From: Paraspadella gotoi
Lineage: Eukaryota > Animalia > Chaetognatha
NCBI GenBank assembly: GCA_051294375.1
Contig: CM119269.1
Location: 12,254,896 to 12,318,895, forward strand
Reading direction: 5' to 3'
Length of the DNA stretch: 64,000 bases
The first letter of the stretch is position 1, and every line of letters begins with the position of its first letter. The notes beneath the pieces are model-generated. The model searched no databases and was not told where the DNA came from. It saw only the letters and a list, made by a program, of their open reading frames with translations. A program made the translations under genes and the position numbers. Shown in pieces: positions 55,940 through 64,000 of the stretch.

Positions 55940-56818
55940 AAAGGATGAGAATATAATTGAAGAAAGCGGAAGGAAAATGAGAATCATCTCCTCTCCTACA
56001 ATAACTCACGAACAAAAAACTATAATTGGAAAGCAACGAGTCACTGTAGAAACAGAGTTGAAGCTTCCAACGTCTCCAGTGAAACTCATTCTGTCTGATT
56101 CAGATTCGTCCATTGATAGAGATAAAACCTTAAGATAAATGTCACCAAAACTGCGAAACAAAACACGATAGGATTTGCAACAAATGTTGCCAGTTCTTCT
56201 AAACAGATTAAGAAGGATCATTCGACCCAGAAGAGGAAAGCACATGTACGAGGATGAAGATGAACAAACATCCGATGAAACAGATGAAAAAGAAAAGAAA
56301 ATTTTACGGGATTTAACAAGAAAAGGAAAACGTTTTTCCATTTCAAATTATGGTTTGAACAGAATTATAAAAAAATTTACTACCAAAGCTAAAGTCCAAA
56401 TTAAAAGTAGCCGAACTGAAAACTATGATCTCATGAAAACTACCTACACCATAGACTATGAGTAAGATGGTTATCCGTTGCACCAATGATGATTTGTTAA
56501 AAACAAGATATTCATGTCGCAATCATTGAGAACAAAAAACAAGTCTTAATTAAACTACTGGATCTCGGAGCAGAGATGGCGAAACTTGTCTCATGTTCGC
56601 CACAGCGATGGGAAACAAAAAGTTGGTGACGATTTTATACGAGGGAGGTGGAAAGTTGGTGAGGCGAAGTGAGGTGAGGCGAAAAGTTAAAAGCGATCGA
56701 TGAAAATGGCAAAACGGTTTTGTTGCACGCGATAGAAAATTGTGAGACAGATATTGTGACAGAGCTTTGCAAAAGTCCGTTTTCTCAGAACTGCGCTCAG
56801 ATTATGCGAAGAAAATAA
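55940..56818 (+). pseudogene. intronless, frameshifted ankyrin-repeat gene relic
   Basis: Three ankyrin-like segments in successive frames at 56504-56775: IHVAIIENKKQVLIKLLDLGAE, DGETCLMFATAMGNKKLVTILYEGGG and IDENGKTVLLHAIENCETDIVTELCK. They follow a charged, co-linear frame broken by stops (55899-56465). Confidence 0.65.
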
Positions 56819-57565
56819 AGGCGTGATTAAAGGATATCAAGAAATCATTAAGACTATTCTTGGATAATGGATAATTTTTATATTGGTTGTGTCAATTTCA
56901 TGAAACTATTACCGCTCTGAACTTACTTAAAAGTGCATACATTTAAAAGTTAGGGGCTGAAATGATTACAACGTACGTGCATGAAAAAAATTTTTACTTT
57001 TAAAGTATTGACGAACAAAAGATCCTTCGTGAGTTGCAGAGAGTCGGAGCGAAGCCGAACCATCACGATTAAGTGTCATTGCGTTACAAGCTACAATACT
57101 AGTACAAAATCCTTCAAAAAAATTAAAAAGAAATATACGATGTTTGAATTAGAAATCAATGTTTATAAATTTGTATGAATCGGTCAATAGTCAATTTTAT
57201 TGTCAGATAGACAAAAAAAGACTTTTTTTTCATATGGGACACAACTTGTTCGAATACATGATTCTTATCAAAGTGATATTGAAACCCGTCAATTCAAATT
57301 GAGAATCGAACAAAAGAATCTCACCGCTCATCATTTAAACATTTCAAACATTCACTTGAATCACATGTGATTCGAAAAAAAAGCACAGGGGAGACTCTCC
57401 GCTTTTCTCCGTGAGCGTAGATTATGCAAAAGAGGATCTCGCGCGCGCGAAAAACCCTGGAGGCAGATGCTCTCACGTCGCGGAGAAAACCTTTTATTTT
57501 TTTCGTAATGCGTTGATGTTTATTTAATGAAATACATAGAGAAAGAGAGAGAGAAAAAAGAGGAG

Positions 57566-57638
<73 letters not shown>

Positions 57639-58966
57639 TGAAAAGAAAACAAGTTTGAGCAAATAATGTCGGATCTGCCTACGATAATTAAGTGGTAATC
57701 AGATGATAAATCACAATAATTCTTTCTGACTTTCAATTTGTGATCCTAACAGATTATAAGAAATCATAACAAAACAAATCATAACTGACTTCTCATTAAA
57801 TCTTAAAAAATCTAATAAATTTTAATAAATCATCATAATTTGATGTTCTAAGATGATTTAGGTGATTTACCGACAACATTTTAAGGTGGGACCGACAAAG
57901 TGGATTATAGAGTCGGAATCTGCTGAAAAGCAGATCCGATTAAAAAAGTGTCTTTTACCTTGAGAAATGAGGATATTTTATTCGCGCCGCGAGTAATTGG
58001 GGTGCGACTCTATAAGTCACTTTTCGGTCAGTAGGTTAGTTTGTCTCTCTTCTGTCTGCCCGTAAGATCTTTATTGTACATATTGTATTATACTTTTCCA
58101 GTCATTAATTTATTTCTTACACGAGTTAAAATAATAAACATAAATTTTTTTGTTTTCTTGTAAAAAGTTGTGTCCTTTTCTTTTCTTTCTTTTCTCCGAT
58201 TTTTCGATAATTTTTTTTTCTGGAAATCTGTTTTGAAAATTTCGGAAATTGAAATCAACCTCTTGAAAAAAAATTTCTATTTCCGAGATTATGAAAATGA
58301 AAAAACGAAACGGTTACGCCCAATTTGACTTTATTTTGAAATATATACTGATGACTTTATTACGCTACGACCAATTCCAATATCGATATCCAATGAGCGC
58401 GTCGATCAATTCAGTCGACGTACGCTATTGGAGGAGAACAGCTGGTTTTCGTACTCGATACGTCACTTGGCCTAATCTTTAATTGATGTACATATATTGA
58501 TTTTAAAATAACAGAATTTATACAAATAAATATTGATATATTTCTGAGAGGGTTTCTGCTCAATATGAGTAGACCTTTTGGGAGCTGAACCTTTAAAACT
58601 TCAACTGTATAAAAAACTATCAGATCATATTAAATAACATGCAATTCAAATTTCACTTTCTCTCTCTCTTCACCGTAACTTTCAAAAGCTAAAAATAATT
58701 TAAAGATAATTAGATAAGGAAAAAAACGTCTGGAAGTAGCTATATATCTATCATTCTTTCAACTGAATTTTTAAGACGAAATATTGATTAAAACGTAAGC
58801 AAAGCGTAAATTTGTTCAAATCTAACATCATCAACTCTTATTGACATTGAGAAACAGCCTGCGGCTATTTATAGTAACACAGACGAGCACCGTCGCGGAC
58901 CTCCTTCTCTTTTTATCTCGAGAGAGAAAGAATAAAAGACTCTCACTTGATGATAACTGATAAGAG

Positions 58967-59044
<78 letters not shown>

Positions 59045-59751
59045 ATTCATACTCTCGGCTTTCTCATCGCGTCGCGCCGACCCTCTCGCTCTCGCGCGCG
59101 TTCTCTCCCCGTCTCCCTCTCCGTCTCTCTCTCACTCTCTCTCTTTTTTTTTCTTTCTTTTCCCCTCGTCATTTTTCGCGTCGACACGGGTTATGTTCTG
59201 TAAAAATGGAAAGAAAAAAAAGAGAAAAAACCTCAATTTTTTTCTCTTTTTGATATTAATTTTCTTTTTTTATTTCGGTTCTGTCGCTTCTTTCTCTCAA
59301 CTTTCGGCCTCATTTTACCAAAGCGTCCTATTTCAACTCAAATAAAGTTGATTTTTAGGTTTAAAGTGTTAGGGAAAAGGTTAATGATTAGGGTTAGGTT
59401 AGGGTTAGAGATTATGGTAATGGATTTTGTAATAAAGTAGCCTTAAATATTAAATATTAGAGTCAAAACTAAGTTCAAGTATTAAAGAACAGAAATTGGG
59501 CGCTTTTTGAACAGAGAGCCCAACTTTTTTCCTCTAAATTTATTTCCCATATTCTTTTTTTTTCAAATTCTCTTTTCGCTTCTTTTTTTTCTGCGTAAAA
59601 ACGAGAAAACATCAACTTGAAAACTCAAAAGGAATTTAGGTTCCATCGTCGTCGTCGTCGTCGTCGTCGTCGCAAAACTGTTGTTGTCATCGCCGTCGCT
59701 TTCCCTTTTTTTCGTCCCGTGGTGAGCGTCATGATTTTCTTCCATTTTTCC

Positions 59752-59797
<46 letters not shown>

Positions 59798-60288
59798 ATC
59801 TCCTCTCATCCTCTCTCTCTATTATCTCTCTCTCTCTCTTCACCTTATTACTCTCTTTTCCCCGCTACAGAAAAGGAAAAACCGTCAGTCTTTTTCCAAA
59901 TTTTTTCACACAACACAAAACTCGCTCGCCGAAGAAGGAATAACAATGAATAAAATAATTGAAGTCGAGTATTTTTTATCATTGGTTGAAACCAGAGCTA
60001 CGTTTTATTACTCGCCTTAATTATTGCGTTCGATATTTACAAAAGCAATCCTTCGACTGCCTTTATAAAACTTGTGACATGATCTCTTTTTTACCATTGC
60101 TTCAGATTCATCCCTCTCTCTCTCTTCTCTCTCCTCTCTCCTCTCTCTTCTCTCTCTCTCTCTCTCTCCTGCTTCTCTCTCTCTCTCTCATTTCGTGTTT
60201 TTAAACAATAATATTAGAATCTCTTCTAAACGATATATCAATTGCATAGTAGTAAAACGTATTTTATTAGAATATGACGTTAAATCCA

Positions 60289-60377
60289 CGGTGTTACAGC
60301 CTGATCCAAAGCTCAGGGTACAGCTTATATTGAACGGTTCTGTCACCAACACATAACAATAATTACTGTCTCTTCAC
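60289..60377 (+). mobile_element. family A SINE 3' fragment
   Basis: ggtgttacagcctgatcc...ttgaacggttctgtcac...aataattactgtctcttca is near-identical to 55193-55278. Confidence 0.65.
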
Positions 60378-60427
60378 AATTATGTTTACTCCGTAGTAAA
60401 AGTTACTTTTTCAACCATCCACGGCGT

Positions 60428-60499
60428 GATGATATCGTAATGATATCGTAATGATATCGTAATGATATCGTGATGATATCGTGATGATATCGTGATGAT
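60428..60499. repeat. 11-bp tandem repeat
   Basis: About 6 copies of gatatcgt[a/g]at. Confidence 0.9.
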
Positions 60500-60833
60500 T
60501 TCCCCACAATAAGGCGCATCTTCTTTGTTGCGAAATTGAGGAGATTCTTGCAAGTTTTACGACGCGTTTGTCCTGAGGGAAAAAAAACGAGTTTCACGAC
60601 ATCGAAAAAGAAAACCTTTTTTTGGTGTAAGGAAACTGCATCACAATATCAAACATCGTGACAATAAAATATAACAATATAAAGTTATAAACGAATTAAT
60701 GGAATGACTGGAACGATATAATTTTCTTGCAGCCCATTCTTTAATATTGTTTCATTGAGGACATTTGGGGGTGTCAAGGTTTTGAAAAAATTAACAGTAC
60801 AATAAATATAGTGATAAATACAGTGAATAAACG

Positions 60834-60957
60834 TGCTATGTCATTATCTTTTAAGAGTGATGGAGGCCTTAAACCACAAAAAGCCTGTCCAAAGTCAGGG
60901 ACAAGATAGCTTGTTTATTAAAAGAATGGATAAATTTTATATTGGTTGTACCAATTT
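60834..60957 (+). repeat. family B repeat, 5'-truncated
   Basis: tgctatgtcattatct...gatggaggccttaaacc...tattggttgtaccaatt. Confidence 0.75.
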
Positions 60958-62164
60958 TATATATTTATACATCATCAAACAAAAAGCAAACTTCGCCAAC
61001 TTCTACTGTCGTTTCGCAGGAAACGCAACGTCATTTATCAAATAACTAGTATTCAAGGTAAAAATTAGTTTTGTCGGCTAGCATTATAAAAAAGTTTATT
61101 GTGACTTGAAGTATTCCAAAAAATTTTATACATACATACTACATATTTCCTCATCGGAAACTCTATTAAAAATCGTCCTGGACGCATTCGTCTTATTTTG
61201 TTATTCTTTCTTCTTTTTTATTTCTTATTCTTTTTTTTTCGTCGTTAAAATCGTCGTTTCCATGATTGTCTTTTACGCTGAGCACGTCTTCGTCGTCGTC
61301 GTCGTCGTCGTCGTCATCATTTCCATGTTTTAAACATGTCCCAATTGCCACATTCCAACGTTTCCCGCTTTTCCCGTCGCATCGAATCCTCGCCTGCGTC
61401 TGCGTCGGCAGTTACGGTGTCTGCGGCGGCGGCGGCGTCTGCGTCGGCAGCGACGGTGTCTATGTCGGTAGCGACGCCGTCTGCGTCAGCAGCGTCTGCG
61501 TCGACAACAGTGGTTTCTGCGTCGGCTGCGGCGGCGACTGCGGCGGCGGTGTCTAGGTTGGAGTCTTAGTCGGCGATGGCTAGTTGGTATCTGTGTCGGC
61601 AGGGTTGGCAGCACATAGGCGTCTAAGTCCGTGACAGCATCGGTGAACAGACTGATCAGTATTAGCTCGTTGGCATCCGATTGGAGGGTTTAAGTTTTCA
61701 CCGCCGAGATCAGTATCATCTGATTCGGTATCAGCGAGTTTGTATTTTGGTATTTTTATTTGCAGCATTATTGTCATTTGCATTGGTGGCATCTGTGGAA
61801 ATCATCTTTGATGTCATTAGCGTGTCGGAGTCGGCGTTTGTGTCGGCGTCTATTTCGGCGTCTGTGTCGGCAGCGGCAGCGGCGCAGCCCCATGGCCAGT
61901 GGCGGCAGCGGCAGCGGCGTCAGCCCCATGGCCAGCAGCGGCAGCGGCGACGGCTTTTCCCCCACTTTTCCCCCCCCTTTTCTTTCTTTGAGACATTGAC
62001 TTGTCATGATAATTGTTTGTAAAACATTGAATATACGAAATGAAACAAACTCAACTAATTTTATTTATGTATTATGTATATCGGGGTCTTTTGTTGTGTT
62101 TGCAAAGTTCAAACTTTATTATTGCGTTGTTTTATAATATATTTTACCGTTTTCTATTGTATGA

Positions 62165-62263
62165 AATTGGTACAACCAATATAAAAATTATCCATTCATT
62201 TAATAAATAAGCTATCTTGCCCCTGACTTTAGACAGGCTTTGGTGGTTTAAGGCCTCCATCAC
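62165..62263 (-). repeat. family B repeat, 5'-truncated
   Basis: Near-identical to 55534-55633. Confidence 0.75.
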
Positions 62264-62665
62264 TATATTATTCCCCTTAATGTCACCCCCACGATGGGGT
62301 TGAAAGGAAAAGGAAAAGGAAAAGGAATACTGAGTTGTGGGACCTCAAATCTAAAAAGCGAAATATTTGAAGCCGAAAACAAATCGAAGATTCGGGATAA
62401 AAAACTTGAAAAGATGAAAATGGAGAAAAGAAAATCTTAGAGTTGGAAAGACGCAAAATGTGTGGGGGAGAGAAAAATTAAAAAGGAAAAGGAAAAAGTA
62501 AAAAAAGGAAGGGAAAAAAGGGAAAAAAATGAAAAGAAAAAAGGAAAAGAAAAAAGGAAAAAAAAAAGGAAAAGAAAAAATGAAAAGAAAAAATGAAAAG
62601 AAAAAAGGAAAAGAAAAAGGAAAAGAAAAAGTGAAAGAAAAAAAAAGAAAGGGTAAAATATAAAA

Positions 62666-63073
62666 ATGTTGATTGCTATCGGAGTTTCTCCACAACGTGA
62701 CGGAGAGCGTAACCACTGGAGTGTCACGGTCCTAATAAGTAGCACCAGTACTTGGGAACGTCGCAGGGAAGGCGTGGCCCAAAAGACTTCTTCTCCGCAC
62801 TTCTATTTCACTAGCGACGTCACTCCCGACTTACCCAGAGACAAAGAGTTGATTCTCGCAATTAGCTAAGAATTCTCTGAGTTCGGAAGAAAAAACCACG
62901 AACAGCTCGAAGGTCTAACCAAAACCTTGCGCAAAGAAATCTGCAAATTAAAGATAGAGGAAGCAACAGCCGTCCGTTCAAAAGCCCACGCCGACCCTTC
63001 GTCCGACGCGTTCCTGGAAAGAGGCGTCATCGCGCTCCTCCGCGACGAGTTACTAGTAACAGTCAAAATGTGA
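62666..63073 (+). pseudogene. possible retroelement gag/ORF1 remnant
   Basis: A ~135-codon frame with one internal stop (62867-62869) and a coiled-coil-like segment (EQLEGLTKTLRKEICKLKIEE). An upstream TGTCAC at 62281 could be an LTR start. No diagnostic motif. Confidence 0.25.
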
Positions 63074-63382
63074 CCTCACACTGGCACACACACGGAAAAC
63101 CGGGGCATGCTTCACGGACCTCTCGGTGAAATTCAGAGGCATGCTATTTACTAAAGGACAACAGGAAAAAATAAATAGAAATAGTAAAATATCGGCTAAA
63201 AGCTAAACGCCCCCCCCAAAAAAAAACGTGTGTAAAAATGAAAAGATAAATCAAATAGAAAGAAAAAGTTTTTTCTTTCTTTATTCGTCTAATGGAGAGA
63301 CGCGAGAAACTCAAGGCAGAGAGAAGATCAAGAGACGAGAGGTTTTATAAAAGATATATGTGGAGTGAGAGGAGGGGAGATT

Positions 63383-63416
<34 letters not shown>

Positions 63417-64000
63417 AAGAGAGAGAGAGAGAAGAGAGAGAGAAGGGGGGTAGAGACAGAGGGGGGAAGAGATAGAGAAGACGGTTGATGGAAAAGAGAG
63501 AAAGAGGGAAAGAAGAGAGAAATGAAAGAGGATATAAGCAGAAGAAGAGAAGAGAAAGAGTAATAAAGAGTGACAGAGAGGATCCAAAAAAACGAAAGAG
63601 AGAGAGAGGAGAGGAAGAGCAAGAAGGAGAGCAGAGAGAGAGAGAGAGAGAGAGAGAATGTGAAATATTGTGGAAATTGTTCAGCGGAGAGAAAGAAAGA
63701 AAATTTGCACGAGTGAACCAACAAAAACAGAAAAAAAAGAAAAAAGAAAAGAAAAGAAAATAAAAAGAAAAATAAAAAAGAAAAGAAAAAAGAAAAGAAA
63801 AAGAAGAGAAAAAAGAAAAGAAGAGAAAAAAGAAAAGAAAAGAGAAACGAAGAAAAATATTTTAAATAAAAAAAGGGAAAAAAATAAATATTTTAAAAAA
63901 TTGAATTCGAATTCAGTCTGAATAGAAATAAAACTCCATTCTTTTTACAAAACGCGACTTAATCGAAAACAAGTTTAAGCAAACAATGTCGGATCTGCCT

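Noticed and set aside
59385-59410. Telomeric TTAGGG/TTAGG repeats
   Set aside because: Only 3-4 mixed units, too short to call an interstitial telomere or to infer the taxon.

Overview
Eukaryotic (invertebrate animal) genomic DNA from a draft, gap-filled assembly. It is rich in (GA)n, (GAC)n and (GAAA)n microsatellites and N-gaps, and nearly all listed ORFs are microsatellite artefacts. The one clear host gene is a single-minded (sim/SIM, bHLH-PAS) orthologue on the minus strand. Coding exon 1 (bHLH) lies at 40823-40997, followed by a ~37 kb first intron and six exons (PAS-A, PAS-B) between 3877 and 1376; the gene continues beyond the left edge. Exons 2-7 carry about 12 single-base indels that look like uncorrected long-read errors rather than pseudogenisation. 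Also present are a motif-rich upstream promoter/enhancer, two CCAAT-dense islands in intron 1, a Penelope-type minimal hammerhead framed by a perfect 26-bp inverted repeat, and a frameshifted intronless ankyrin-repeat relic. There are two SINE-like families sharing one 3' tail, Helentron/DINE-like fragments and a possible gag remnant. Several noisy duplications are probably assembly artefacts. An ~8 kb compositionally foreign block (28.6-36.7 kb) holds a duplicated, highly structured ~500-nt unit. I see no solid evidence of a new multi-gene system; the best leads are small structured-RNA elements. All calls were made by eye, with no database searches.
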